Shown piece after piece: positions 51,659-61,926 of a stretch of DNA of 64,000 bases (the stretch's first letter is position 1; every line of letters begins with the position of its first letter). The notes beneath the pieces were generated by a model. It saw only the letters and a list, made by a program, of their open reading frames with translations. It did no database searches and was not told the DNA's origin. Made by a program: the position numbers and the translations under genes. The stretch is from NCBI GenBank assembly GCA_963711835.1, contig CAVQFQ010000017.1:608001-672000 (forward strand), given 5' to 3'. Source of the stretch: an uncultured delta proteobacterium. Its GTDB lineage: Bacteria; Desulfobacterota; RBG-13-43-22.

Positions 51659-53435
51659 CTAACCCTCTTTCTTGGGCCGGTCCAAGCCCTTGACGACCTG
51701 GGAGCGGATCAAGCGGGGCAGCATCAAGTGGTGATGAGGACAGATGGATTTGGGATTCTGATAAACGCTGTTGGTAAAAGCCACCAGATACCTACGCAGT
51801 TCTTCGTAGCGCACCACCTCATCCACAAAGCCCCGCTTGGCGCAGTAAATCGGTCGGGACTGGTCATAATACTGCTGAGCCAGGGCATTCATCTTGTCGA
51901 TCACCGGCTGCAAAGGGTTTCCGGAATCTTTCTCTTTCACCAGTCTGCGGGAGAAAGAAGCCGCCGCAGCCGTCTCCCCGTGCATGACATAGATCTCGGT
52001 CGTGGCCGTGCCCAGAGTAAAGGCATTATGGTTGTTGGCCGTGGGGCCCCCCATGACGTAATGGGCTGCAGCCGTACCTTTTCGCAAGACCACCAGCATC
52101 ATGGGCACATCCGTTTGCTCGATGGAGTAGATCAGGGACTGCCCCAGACCGAGCAGTTCCGCTTTCTCGGCAATATCGCCCACATCAATCCCGGAGGTAT
52201 CCTGAAACCAGATGATCGGCACCCGGTCGCGCCCGCACTGGGTGACGAATTCGTTCATTTTGATCAGGCCCTGGCGATAAAGCTTGCCGCCGATCCCGAT
52301 ATATTCGTTGGTATATTCCGGATAATTGGCCCCCAAAAATCCCTGACGGTTGCCGATGACCCCCATCAGGAATCCGTCCACCTTGACCAGGCCGGTATAG
52401 ACCTCGGGCCCATAACCAGGCCGAAACTCCAGGTGCTCGCTGCTATCCACCAGGCGGGCCAGGAAATTGTCGAAGTCGTAAACGGCCTTCTGGTTGAAGG
52501 CCATGATGGAAGGCAGATCGGCCAGGGGATATTTGGGCTCCGCCGGATGGGACACCCGAAAAAAGCGGGGATGGTAAGCCGGCATCTCGGCCATATATTC
52601 CTTTAGGGCCTCCAGGACCTGGGTCTCTTCTTCAAACACAGCCCGGAAAAATCCCGTGGAATCATAATGAATTTTGACGCTTCCCGGAGGGACCTGCTTA
52701 AAGTGGCGCGTGGCCTCAATGATCTGCTCGGCCCCGGCTTCGTCAAAAAAACCTTTGGGGCTCATGCCGCTGACGATCCCCCCTCCGCCCACGGCGATGT
52801 TGCAGTTTTTGTGAGCCAAAAGGATGGTCGGGCTGATGCCCTGATAACCTCCGCCGGCCGGATTGGTTCCATAGATGCCGGCCAAAACCGGGATGCCTAA
52901 TTTCTCCAATTCGGCATGACGGAAAAAGGTGGTGCCGTTGCCCCGGCGGTCGGCATAGACTTCCTGCTGCTCGGTCAGTTTGACGCCGGAACAATTGACC
53001 AGCCAGACCAGAGGTACATGAAGCCGCTTGGCCAGGTCCGTCACCCGGAGTTGATTCTCCGACTGGCCGGCGATCCAGGCCCCGGCTATGACCTTGTTGT
53101 CAAATCCGATCAGGACGCACCACTTGCCGCTGATCCTGGCCAGTCCGTCAATGACACCGGTAGTGCCCTCTTCATTATCCCTGGGGTTGTATAAGGTATG
53201 CAGGGGACAAAAAGTGCCCGGGATCCACCAGATACTCGATTCGATCCCAAATGGTCATCTCGCCCCGTTGGCGAATTTTATCAGCCGGCAGTCCGGCCTT
53301 TTTGACACGCTCCACCTCGGCCTCGACTTCCTTCATAACCGCTTCGATCTGGGCCCGGTTTTCGGCCATCTTTTCCATTTGGGCCGGTTTGAGCGGTTTA
53401 CCCAGATCATCCATCTTTTCAAAATAAGATCGCAT
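51659..53435 (-). CDS. gcdA: Glutaconyl-CoA decarboxylase alpha (carboxyltransferase) subunit, frameshift near 53218
   Basis: MRSYFEKM..., GTNPAGGGY, GGKLYRQGLIKM, HGETAAAA; removing one G at DPG/TFCPL restores a single ORF. Confidence 0.88.
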
Positions 53436-53454
53436 GCCTTCTCCTTCCTGAATT

Positions 53455-53546
53455 ATGAGCTCATAGCTCAAAGCTGTTAGCTGATAGTAAAATAAATTCT
53501 CATTTCGCTGTTTGCTATAGGCGTTGCGCTATCAGCTATCAGCTTC
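53455..53546. repeat. Heptamer (GCTGATA-type) tandem repeats arranged as an imperfect palindrome
   Basis: GCTCATA GCTCAAA GCTGTTA GCTGATA ... GCTATCA GCTATCA GCT; similar run at about 30962-30980. Confidence 0.6.
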
Positions 53547-53550
53547 TGGG

Positions 53551-54714
53551 TTATTTATTGGCCTTGCGGATGCCCAGTTGATCCTGGGCGATGATCCATT
53601 TACAGATATTAGCCGATCCTTCCACCATAAAATAGGTCGGGGCATCGCGGTAATACCGGGCCACCGGATATTCCGTGGAATAGCCGTAGGCACCCAGGAT
53701 GCGCATGGCATAATTAGCGGCTTTGGAGGCAACTTCGCCGGCCAGGTATTTGGCCATGGCCACTTCCAGGTTGTTGTTCAGGTTGCCTTTGTCCTTCTGC
53801 CAGGCCGCCTTATAGACCAGCAAACGGGCGGCCTCGATTTCAACCACCAGTTGGCCCACCAGGTCCTGATTCATCTGAAAGGTGCCGATCGGCTTGCCGA
53901 ACTGTTCCCGTTCGTTGCAGTATTTGGTAATCGAATCCAGACAGGCCTGGGCCAACCCGACTCCTCCGGCAGCAGCCGACAGGCGGGTCTGGTTCAGGGA
54001 CCCGAAGACGATCTTGGCCCCGTCACCCGGCTTTCCCAGGATATTGCCCTTGGGTACCCGGGTGTCTTCCAGATAGAGTTCACCGGTCGGGGAAGAACGG
54101 GAGCCCATCTTATCCAGGTCCGTGGTGGAAATGCCGTTAAAGTTCCTGGGCTCGATTACAAAAGCGGAGAGGCCTTTGCCGCCGGCCGAACGATCGGTGA
54201 AGGCATAGTAAATCAGGACCTGGGCGATGCTGGCATTGGAGATCCAGGTCTTGGACCCGTTCAGAAGCCAATGATCCCCTTTGTCCTCGGCCTGGGATTT
54301 CAGGGCCATGACATCCGATCCGGCATTGGGTTCGGTAATGCCGAAACCGCCCAAATAGTCCCCGTTGACCAGCTTGGGAATATATTTCCTTTTTAATTCT
54401 TCGCTGCCGTAGCGGAAGATGGTGAAGGCGCAGCCCAGGGCCTCCATATTAATCTGAACTCTCAAAGAACTGGAGGCCCGGGCGATCTCTTCGGTAATGA
54501 TCATGGCCGCCGTCCAGCCCATGTTGTTGCCGCCGTATTCTTCCGGGATGACGGTGCCGAAAAAGCCCAACTCGGCCATGGGTTTGATGACCTCCTGGTA
54601 GGGGAAGTAATGTTCCTCATCCCACTTGTCGGCAAAGGGGGCGATTTTTTCGGCCGCAAAATCCCGGACCATGTCCCGAACGGCCTGCAGTTCTTCCGAT
54701 AATTCAAAGTCCAT
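53551..54714 (-). CDS. acd: Glutaryl-CoA dehydrogenase (non-decarboxylating type)
   Basis: ACAD fold with ASSSLRVQINM, GFGITEPNAGSD, MVEGSANICK; directly upstream of gcdA. Confidence 0.85.
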   Translation of the reverse strand: MDFELSEELQAVRDMVRDFAAEKIAPFADKWDEEHYFPYQEVIKPMAELGFFGTVIPEEYGGNNMGWTAAMIITEEIARASSSLRVQINMEALGCAFTIFRYGSEELKRKYIPKLVNGDYLGGFGITEPNAGSDVMALKSQAEDKGDHWLLNGSKTWISNASIAQVLIYYAFTDRSAGGKGLSAFVIEPRNFNGISTTDLDKMGSRSSPTGELYLEDTRVPKGNILGKPGDGAKIVFGSLNQTRLSAAAGGVGLAQACLDSITKYCNEREQFGKPIGTFQMNQDLVGQLVVEIEAARLLVYKAAWQKDKGNLNNNLEVAMAKYLAGEVASKAANYAMRILGAYGYSTEYPVARYYRDAPTYFMVEGSANICKWIIAQDQLGIRKANK

Positions 54715-54770
54715 GAAATAACCTCCTATTTACTCATTAACAATTATTTTTGATTTTCTTATAAAAAAAC

Positions 54771-54842
54771 CGTCATTCCCGCGCAAGCGGGAATCCAGAT
54801 CATTCTATCAAATGCCTTGATTCCCATCTTCATGGGAATGAC
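54771..54842. repeat. Empty inverted doublet of ATTCCC-N8-GGGAAT (dRS3/CGTC-type REP) palindromes
   Basis: CGTCATTCCCGCGCAAGCGGGAATCCAGA (54771-54799) and inverted ATTCCCATCTTCATGGGAATGAC (54820-54842). Confidence 0.85.
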
Positions 54843-54886
54843 TTATATGCTGGCCGGGTAACAAGTAGTGAGATTTTCAAGTAACC

Positions 54887-55242
54887 CGTCATTCCCGCGA
54901 AGGCGGGAATCCAGAGATTTATGTACAGACTTTATCATACAAGTCGATCCACTCCGGATTACTTTTTTCTATTAATTTCAATTTCCATCCCCGGTTCCAT
55001 TTCTTTAATTGTTTTTCCCTGATAATGGCTGTTTCCGGCGACGGATGCTCTTCAAACCAGACTAATTGGTGAACCTTATATTTCTTGGTAAATCCTTCAA
55101 CTAAGTCGTTTTTATGTTCATATATTCTTTTAACCAAGTCGGAAGTCACTCCAATATATAATGTTCCATTTCGCTTACTGCAAAGAATATATACATAAAA
55201 TGGTTTCATTTTTTCTGGATTCCCGCTTGCGCGGGAATGACG
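54887..55242. mobile_element. GIY-YIG nuclease cassette bounded by inverted REP palindromes
   Basis: CGTCATTCCCGCGAAGGCGGGAATCCAGA (54887-54915) and TCTGGATTCCCGCTTGCGCGGGAATGACG (55214-55242) tightly flank an AT-rich gene. Confidence 0.75.
54919..55209 (-). CDS. Stand-alone GIY-YIG nuclease
   Basis: YVYIL...LYIGVT.DL.KR.YEH, REKQLKKW.R.WK, NPEW.DL. Confidence 0.92.
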   Translation of the reverse strand: MKPFYVYILCSKRNGTLYIGVTSDLVKRIYEHKNDLVEGFTKKYKVHQLVWFEEHPSPETAIIREKQLKKWNRGWKLKLIEKSNPEWIDLYDKVCT

Positions 55243-55277
55243 TTTTTATATGAATCCCTATTCTCAATTTGGGCCTG

Positions 55278-56432
55278 TCAATCCAAAATGATATTCTTTG
55301 AGACGATCATCCGCTGGATCTGGTTGCTCCCGTCAAAGATCTGGACCGCCTTGGCATCGCGCATCATCCGCTCCACCGGCGACCCCTTCAGATAGCCGGC
55401 CCCGCCGAAGATTTGAACGGCATCGACGGTGACCTGCATGGCCACATCCGAGGCCTGACACTTGCACATGGAGACCAGGGTCTCGAGGTCATGGAAGGTC
55501 CCTTCCCTGGAATCGATCAGGGCCGCCGTCCGGAAAATCAGGGACTTGACGGCCTCGATGGCCATCTTCATGTCGGCCAGCATGAAACGGATCGCCTGGA
55601 ACGAGGCGATCCGCCGTTTAAACTGGGTTCGGGTCCTGGCAAAATTCAAGGCCGCCTCATAGGCCCCTTCGGCGATACCCAGGGCCAGTGAGGCCGCGCC
55701 CCAGACCCGCATGACATTGGCATGCCGGGAAAGAACCTTCCAGCCTTCCCCTTCTTTCAGGAGGAGATTCTCCCGGGGGATGCGGGCATTCTGGAAAAAC
55801 ATTTCGGAAGTCACCGATCCGCCCAGGCCCATTTTCCTTTCCTTTTTCCCGAAGGACAAGCCGGGTGTCTCCCGGGGAACGATCAAAGCGCTGACCCCGG
55901 CGGTCCGCTTGCCAGGACCGGTTCGGACAAAGACCAGATAAAAATGGGCATGGGGGCCCAGAGTAATATAGCTCTTGGTGCCGTTTACAATATAGGTCCC
56001 TTCTTCCAGGACGGCCCTGGTCTGCAGGGAACCGGCATCAGACCCATAATTGGGTTCCGTCAGACAGAAGCCGCAGAGTTTATCGCCGGCGGCCATAGCC
56101 GAAAAAAATCGTTTTTTCTGCTCCTCGGTCCCTACCTCCCGGATGGTCCGGATAACGGCCTGGGTCGGGAAGACCAGCAGGGCCGAGGCCGCCGAGGCCT
56201 TGGAGATCTCTTCGATAACCAGGCAGAGGGTGGTGGCATCGGCTTCCTTTCCTCCGAATTCCATCGGCAGGGAAAGCTTCAGCAGTCCGGCCTCCTTAAA
56301 GGCCTGGTAACTGCTTTCGGGGAACTCATCCCGGGCATCAATCTCCACCGCCCGGGGGGTGATGGCTGAAGCCACCAGGCTCCGGACCTTCTCCCGGACT
56401 TCCCGTTGAGAGGCCGTCAAATGGAGAAACAT
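55278..56432 (-). CDS. Acyl-CoA dehydrogenase
   Basis: CLTEPNYGSD, GTKSYIT, QIFGGAGY, QIFDGSNQIQ. Confidence 0.93.
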   Translation of the reverse strand: MFLHLTASQREVREKVRSLVASAITPRAVEIDARDEFPESSYQAFKEAGLLKLSLPMEFGGKEADATTLCLVIEEISKASAASALLVFPTQAVIRTIREVGTEEQKKRFFSAMAAGDKLCGFCLTEPNYGSDAGSLQTRAVLEEGTYIVNGTKSYITLGPHAHFYLVFVRTGPGKRTAGVSALIVPRETPGLSFGKKERKMGLGGSVTSEMFFQNARIPRENLLLKEGEGWKVLSRHANVMRVWGAASLALGIAEGAYEAALNFARTRTQFKRRIASFQAIRFMLADMKMAIEAVKSLIFRTAALIDSREGTFHDLETLVSMCKCQASDVAMQVTVDAVQIFGGAGYLKGSPVERMMRDAKAVQIFDGSNQIQRMIVSKNIILD

Positions 56433-56437
56433 GGGTC

Positions 56438-57619
56438 CTACTCCGGTTTACGCCCCACAATCAGGGCGATACCCTGCCCGCCGCCGATGCACATCGTGGC
56501 TAATCCATATTTTGAATCCCGGCGCCCCATTTCATAAAGCAACTTAACCAGCAGGCAGCCTCCGGAAGCCGATATGGGATGGCCCAGGGCAATGGCCCCG
56601 CCGTTGACATTCACTTTTGCCGGATCCATGCCCAATTCTTTTAGACAGACCCAGGCCTGGGAGGCGAAGGCCTCATTCAGTTCAATCAGGTCCATATCCT
56701 TAATGGACAGGCCGGCATTTTGTAAGGCCTTCCGGGTGGCCGGGATCGGCCCGATCCCCATCAGGGAAGGTTCCACCCCGACTGAGGCATAGCTTACGAT
56801 ATGGGCCAGCGGTTTCAAACCCAGGGCTTGGGCTTTTTCCAGGGACATGATCATCAAGGCCGAAGCCCCGTCATTCATGCCGCTGGAATTACCGGCGGTC
56901 ACCGTCCCTTCCTTTTTAAAAGAAGGCGGGAGTTTGGCCAGGGCTTCCCGGGTGGTCCCGAACCGGGGGTGCTCATCGGTATCAAAAATCAGGGGGTCCT
57001 TCTTTTTTTGGGGTATCTTCACCGGTACGATTTCGTCCTTGAATTTTCCGGCTTTGATCGCCGCTTCGGCTTTTTGTTGACTGAGAAGGGCCAGTTCATC
57101 CTGCTCCTCGCGGGAGACCTTATATTTTACGGCCACATTCTCCGCCGTTTCACCCATGGTGTTGCCCGAGAGGGGATCAAACAGGATCAATTGATCCATG
57201 AGCTGCCCGTGGCCCAGGCGGTATCCCCAGCGGGCATTTTTAAGGAGATAGGCAGCCCGGCTCATGGATTCCATGCCCCCGGCCAGGATACTATCGGCTT
57301 CTCCGGATCGAATGATCTGGCAGGCCAGCGAAACGGCCCTGAGGCTTCCGCCGCAGGCCTTGGTGATGGTGAATTGCGGCGTTTCTATAGGTACCCCTCC
57401 TTTTACAGCCACTACCCGAGCCGAATTGATTGGCAACTCTCCGGTCCGATACCCTGAAGCAAAAATGACCTCCTCCACCTGGTCTCCGGTCAGACCGGCC
57501 CTTTGGATGGCCTCCCGGATGACCAAGGCCCCCAGGTCCATATCACTGACCTCTTTCAGGCTTCCGCCAAAACGGCCGATAGCCGTCCGAACTCCGCTGA
57601 CAATAACCACTTCTCGCAT
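56438..57619 (-). CDS. Acetyl-CoA acetyltransferase (thiolase)
   Basis: KACGGS, NEAF, GHPISASG, CIGGGQG. Confidence 0.95.
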   Translation of the reverse strand: MREVVIVSGVRTAIGRFGGSLKEVSDMDLGALVIREAIQRAGLTGDQVEEVIFASGYRTGELPINSARVVAVKGGVPIETPQFTITKACGGSLRAVSLACQIIRSGEADSILAGGMESMSRAAYLLKNARWGYRLGHGQLMDQLILFDPLSGNTMGETAENVAVKYKVSREEQDELALLSQQKAEAAIKAGKFKDEIVPVKIPQKKKDPLIFDTDEHPRFGTTREALAKLPPSFKKEGTVTAGNSSGMNDGASALMIMSLEKAQALGLKPLAHIVSYASVGVEPSLMGIGPIPATRKALQNAGLSIKDMDLIELNEAFASQAWVCLKELGMDPAKVNVNGGAIALGHPISASGGCLLVKLLYEMGRRDSKYGLATMCIGGGQGIALIVGRKPE

Positions 57620-57797
57620 TGGATCCTCCTTTTCCCTTTCTCAGCCCCTTCCCCGGCCCGGAAAAGACCTGAGAGAAGGACCTGAACGGTAGCTAAAACA
57701 GGGTAACTATCCTAATAAATTAACCCTTTTGTCAATATCTTTTTACCCCTTTGTCTCTCTCCGGCACCCGGGAAACCGATGATCGGTCTCTTTCGGA

Positions 57798-58532
57798 TCA
57801 AGGCCTGTCTTCCGGAGAATCAGTCGGGCTTAAAACCCCTTTATCCAAAAAAATGAGTTTATGGGCCGTCCGGGCCGCCCGGGGATCGTGGGTGACCATG
57901 ATGATGGTTTTCTTGAAGTCCTGATTCAGGCCTTCCATCAATTGCAGGATATCTCGGGCCGAATCCTTATCCAGGTCCCCGGTGGGCTCATCGGCTACAA
58001 TAATGGTCGGATCGGTGATAATGGCCCGGGCTATGGCGACCCGTTGCTGTTGTCCGCCGGAAAGCTCTTTGGGATAATGCTCCCGGCGATCCTCCAGGCC
58101 TACGATCCGAAGGGCGGTTTCCACATGCCGGCGACGTTCCCGGCCGGAAAGGGAGGTCAAGAGCAACGGCAGTTCCACATTTTCAAAAGCCGTTAAGACC
58201 GGGATCAGGTTATAGAACTGAAAAATGAAGCCGATGTGGCGGGAACGCCACTCGGCCAGCTCCATCTCTTCCAAGGTCGTGATGTCCGTTCCGGCCACCC
58301 GGATCGTCCCTTGATCGGCCTGATCGATCCCGGCAATCAAGTTAAGCAGGGTGGTTTTGCCGGATCCGGAGGGGCCCATCAGGGCGATAAATTCCCCTTC
58401 GGGGATGGTCAGGGAAATATCCTGCAGGACCGGGATCTCCTGGTTTCCCCGGTAATAAGATTTAGAGAGGTGTTTGATTTCTACCAGGGTCTTGATTTCC
58501 TGAGGGGGATTCGGGATCACTCTTAGCGACAT
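57798..58532 (-). CDS. LolD/MacB-like ABC ATPase with no adjacent permease
   Basis: [26 protein letters not shown]. Confidence 0.9.
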   Translation of the reverse strand: MSLRVIPNPPQEIKTLVEIKHLSKSYYRGNQEIPVLQDISLTIPEGEFIALMGPSGSGKTTLLNLIAGIDQADQGTIRVAGTDITTLEEMELAEWRSRHIGFIFQFYNLIPVLTAFENVELPLLLTSLSGRERRRHVETALRIVGLEDRREHYPKELSGGQQQRVAIARAIITDPTIIVADEPTGDLDKDSARDILQLMEGLNQDFKKTIIMVTHDPRAARTAHKLIFLDKGVLSPTDSPEDRP

Positions 58533-58539
58533 AATCTTT

Positions 58540-58673
58540 AAATCCGAAATTCGAAGCACGAAATCCGAAACAAACACGAAGGTTCAAAATTTAAATGATC
58601 AAAAAAACTTTTTGAAATTTGAGATTTGGTCATTTGAATTTGTTTCGGGTTTCGAAATTTGGATTTCGAATTT
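58540..58673. repeat. Long imperfect palindrome built of AAATCCG/AAATTCG heptamers
   Basis: AAATCCG AAATTCG AAGCACG AAATCCG AAACAAA ... TTTGTTT CGGGTTT CGAAATT TGGATTT CGAATTT. Confidence 0.75.
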
Positions 58674-58698
58674 CCAACCAAAATTTTGATATACCTCC

Positions 58699-59349
58699 CT
58701 AACCTTTTCTTCCTTTTTGAGCCTGGGCCCCAAAATCGCAATAGGGAAGGAGAAAACAGATCCCACATTGAGGGGATCGGGCCTGGCAAAGGCTGCGGCC
58801 ATGGTCGATGACCTGGTGGGAAAAGTCAATCCATTTCTCCCGGGGGATCATAGGCATCAGGGCCGATTCGATCTTGACCGGATCCTTTTCCCGGGTCAGC
58901 CCCAGGCGCTGGGAAATCCGGGCCACATGGGTGTCAACCACAATCCCTGGGATGCCGAAGGCATTCCCCAGGACTACGTTGGCTGTTTTTCGGCCAATAC
59001 CCGGCAGGGCCACCAGCTCCTCCATGGTCCGGGGCACTTCACCCTGGTGTCTCTGTAACAATTCCCGGCAGCAGGCCTGAATATGTCTGGCCTTATTATG
59101 ATAAAAGCCGGTGGAGCGGATGTCCGCTTCCAGGTTCGGGGGGGCGGCTTGAGCATAGTCTCGGGCCGTCCGATACTTCTTAAACAGGACCTTGGTGACT
59201 TCGTTGACCCGCTGGTCGGTGCATTGGGCTGAAAGAATGGTGGCGATCAGTATTTCCAGCGGGCTCCGGAAATGGAGGGCGGTCCGGGACAGGGGGTAAT
59301 GCCGCTTCAGTTCTTTTAAGATATTGGCGATCTTTATTTTATCGCTCAT
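58699..59349 (-). CDS. nth: Endonuclease III
   Basis: LSAQCTD, HhH LPGIGRKTA, VDTHV, C-terminal C-x6-C-x2-C-x5-C. Confidence 0.95.
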   Translation of the reverse strand: MSDKIKIANILKELKRHYPLSRTALHFRSPLEILIATILSAQCTDQRVNEVTKVLFKKYRTARDYAQAAPPNLEADIRSTGFYHNKARHIQACCRELLQRHQGEVPRTMEELVALPGIGRKTANVVLGNAFGIPGIVVDTHVARISQRLGLTREKDPVKIESALMPMIPREKWIDFSHQVIDHGRSLCQARSPQCGICFLLPYCDFGAQAQKGRKG

Positions 59350-61073
59350 GCCCTTTTCCTCTTCCTTTGCCCAAGAAAGGCCGCCACGTCATCCTGGCCT
59401 TGGGTATTAAAGATATCCTCCCGGGTCAACCAGCCTTTCCGGGCGATCCCCACCCCCAGGGAGAGGTCCTGCAGACCTTCCAGGTGATGGGCATCGGTAT
59501 TGATAACGATTTTAAGGCCCAATTGTTTGGCTTGTTTCATTAGGCGCCAGTCCAGATCCAGACGATGGGGGTTGGCATTCAATTCGATTAATACCCCGTT
59601 TCGAGCAGCAGCCTTAAGGACCAGCTCCATAGTAACCGGGTAAGGGTCCCGGGCCAACAGCAATCGTCCGGTAGGATGCCCTAAGATCGTGGTAAAGGGA
59701 TTCTCAATGGCCCGGATGATACGCTTAGTCATTTCAGTCTCGGTCATAGTAAAGCGGGAATGGACCGAAGCAATCACGAAATCAAAAGCCGCCAATTCCG
59801 CCTGGCTATAGTCCAGCGAACCATCGGGAAGGATATCGGATTCGATCCCCCAGAAGAGACGAACCTGGTCCTGTTTCCGGTTCCAAAGGGCGATTTCAGC
59901 CCTCTGTTCTTTCAACTGTTCCGGTTTCAGCCCCCCGGCATAGGCAGCCGTTTGGCTGTGATCGGATATACCGAGGTAATGCAGGCCCTGCTTCTGGGCC
60001 GCCTGAATCCATTGAGACAGGCTGGGGGTGCCGTCGCTTAAAAGGGTATGGAGATGAAACGTCCCTTGAATATCCCGGTCCTCGACCAGGACCGGCAGGG
60101 TCCCTGCTTCGGCGGCCTCGATTTCACCCCAATCCTCCCGGAGTTCCGGGGCAATGTAGGAAAGTCCCAGGCCTTGATAGATTTCGAACTCGCCCCGGCA
60201 GGGAATCAGACGGTTTCCCTGGAACAGTCCGTACTCATTGAGCTTGAAACCCAAACCCTTGGCCCGGGTGCGCAGCCGGGTATGGTGTTCTTTGCTCCCG
60301 GTAAAGTGATGCAGGGCAAAGGGAAAGAGGTTCGGACCCACCACCCTCAGATCGGCCTGAATGCCTGACTTGAGCAGGACCGAGGATTTGGTAGGCCCCT
60401 GGGCAATGACCTGTTCCACCAAGGGCAAGGTGCTGAAATAGGCTGTTAAAGCCTCGGGACGGCTGCTTTCGGCCACCAGATCGATATCCTTGACCGTTTC
60501 TTTTTTACGCCGCAGGCTGCCGGCCACAGAGGCTTGGAGGGTTTCCGGGTGGTTGCGGATCTCCTCCAACAGGGCCTGGGCCAGAGGATAAATCTCCCCG
60601 TAGAGAAACCGGCTCTTGAAGCGTTTGACTTGCTCGATCGCCCGGAGGATATTATCCTGGGACTTCTTCCCAAAGCCGGGCAGGGTCAGGAGACGATTTT
60701 CATGGCAGGCATATTCCAGCTCCCCCAGGTTCCTGATCCCCAGCCGGGCCACCAGTTCCTTTACTTTTTTGGGGCCCAGCCCGGGGACCCGAAGCATCTC
60801 CCGGAGTTCCAGGGGGAAGCGGCTTTTAAGGTCCTCCCATAAGGGGGTGGATCCTTCCCGGACCAACTGGGTGATCTGTTCGGATAAGGTCGCTCCGATC
60901 CCTTTCAGCTTGGGAAGGGCGCCGTTGCGGATTAGTTCCGCCGCTTCCAGGTCCTGGGATTCAATGATCCGGGCCCCTTGGGCATAAGCCCGGATCTTAA
61001 AAGGGTTCTCCCCGGCCAGTTCCAACAGCTCGGCCATCTCGGACAGGATCTGGGCCACTTCTTTATTGTTCAT
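59346..61073 (-). CDS. polX: DNA polymerase X with PHP domain
   Basis: AGSLRR...KDIDL, FTGSKEH, PHP motifs HLHT, SDHS, GHPTGR, NTDAH. Confidence 0.95.
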   Translation of the reverse strand: MNNKEVAQILSEMAELLELAGENPFKIRAYAQGARIIESQDLEAAELIRNGALPKLKGIGATLSEQITQLVREGSTPLWEDLKSRFPLELREMLRVPGLGPKKVKELVARLGIRNLGELEYACHENRLLTLPGFGKKSQDNILRAIEQVKRFKSRFLYGEIYPLAQALLEEIRNHPETLQASVAGSLRRKKETVKDIDLVAESSRPEALTAYFSTLPLVEQVIAQGPTKSSVLLKSGIQADLRVVGPNLFPFALHHFTGSKEHHTRLRTRAKGLGFKLNEYGLFQGNRLIPCRGEFEIYQGLGLSYIAPELREDWGEIEAAEAGTLPVLVEDRDIQGTFHLHTLLSDGTPSLSQWIQAAQKQGLHYLGISDHSQTAAYAGGLKPEQLKEQRAEIALWNRKQDQVRLFWGIESDILPDGSLDYSQAELAAFDFVIASVHSRFTMTETEMTKRIIRAIENPFTTILGHPTGRLLLARDPYPVTMELVLKAAARNGVLIELNANPHRLDLDWRLMKQAKQLGLKIVINTDAHHLEGLQDLSLGVGIARKGWLTREDIFNTQGQDDVAAFLGQRKRKRA

Positions 61074-61083
61074 AAAATAGATT

Positions 61084-61755
61084 CTAAAGGATGATAATTT
61101 TTTTGATGGCCTTTATCACTTCCTCCGGTTCATCAATGACCTGGATCAGGTCCATGTCCTCCGGAGAAATCATGCATTCCGGGCAGACCACCTTGCGCAT
61201 CCAGTCCAGCAGTCCTTTCCAGTAAGCCCGGTTCACCAGTATGACGGGGAACGGTTTAATGCGCCGGGTCTGGATCAGGGTAATGGCCTCGGTTAATTCA
61301 TCGAGGGTCCCGAATCCGCCGGGCAGGATCACGTAGGCCACGGCATATTTCACGAACATCACTTTGCGGATGAAGAAATAGCGAAAATTCAGGCGCACGT
61401 TGGCATAGGGATTGGGCTTCTGCTCGTAGGGGAGCTGGATGTTCAGGCCCACGGACTTGCCACCGGCTTCGGCCGCCCCTTTGTTGGCGGCTTCCATAAC
61501 GCCCGGCCCTCCCCCCGAAATGACGTTAAATCCATTTTCGACCAAAAGGCGGGCAATGGTAAGCGCCTGTTCGTAGGAAGGATCACCGGGGCGTACCCGG
61601 GCCGATCCGAACATGGAGACGGCCGGATATATCTTGGACAGGTCTTCAAAACCATCCACAAATTCGGCCAGGATGCGGAACAAACGCCAGGTATCCTTGA
61701 TGGTCAGCTCATCAATGACATATTGATGATCATGGGAATCGCTTTTAAAATCCAT
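61084..61755 (-). CDS. LOG family nucleotide monophosphate nucleosidase
   Basis: FGSAR, GGGPGVMEA, PGGFGTLDE. Confidence 0.92.
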   Translation of the reverse strand: MDFKSDSHDHQYVIDELTIKDTWRLFRILAEFVDGFEDLSKIYPAVSMFGSARVRPGDPSYEQALTIARLLVENGFNVISGGGPGVMEAANKGAAEAGGKSVGLNIQLPYEQKPNPYANVRLNFRYFFIRKVMFVKYAVAYVILPGGFGTLDELTEAITLIQTRRIKPFPVILVNRAYWKGLLDWMRKVVCPECMISPEDMDLIQVIDEPEEVIKAIKKIIIL

Positions 61756-61926
61756 GGATCAATCCTTCCCGGTCAAGCGCTGCCTACTTTTTCATTGTAA
61801 TCTTAACCCCCTGCTTATATTATTTGACCACCTCTGTCAAGATGTAGGTTGGTTTGGAACCCCTGAACGCTCTCTCGGGCTGGGGCCGAGCCGGATGGGA
61901 AGAAGGAGAAGAAAGGAAATTATCTT

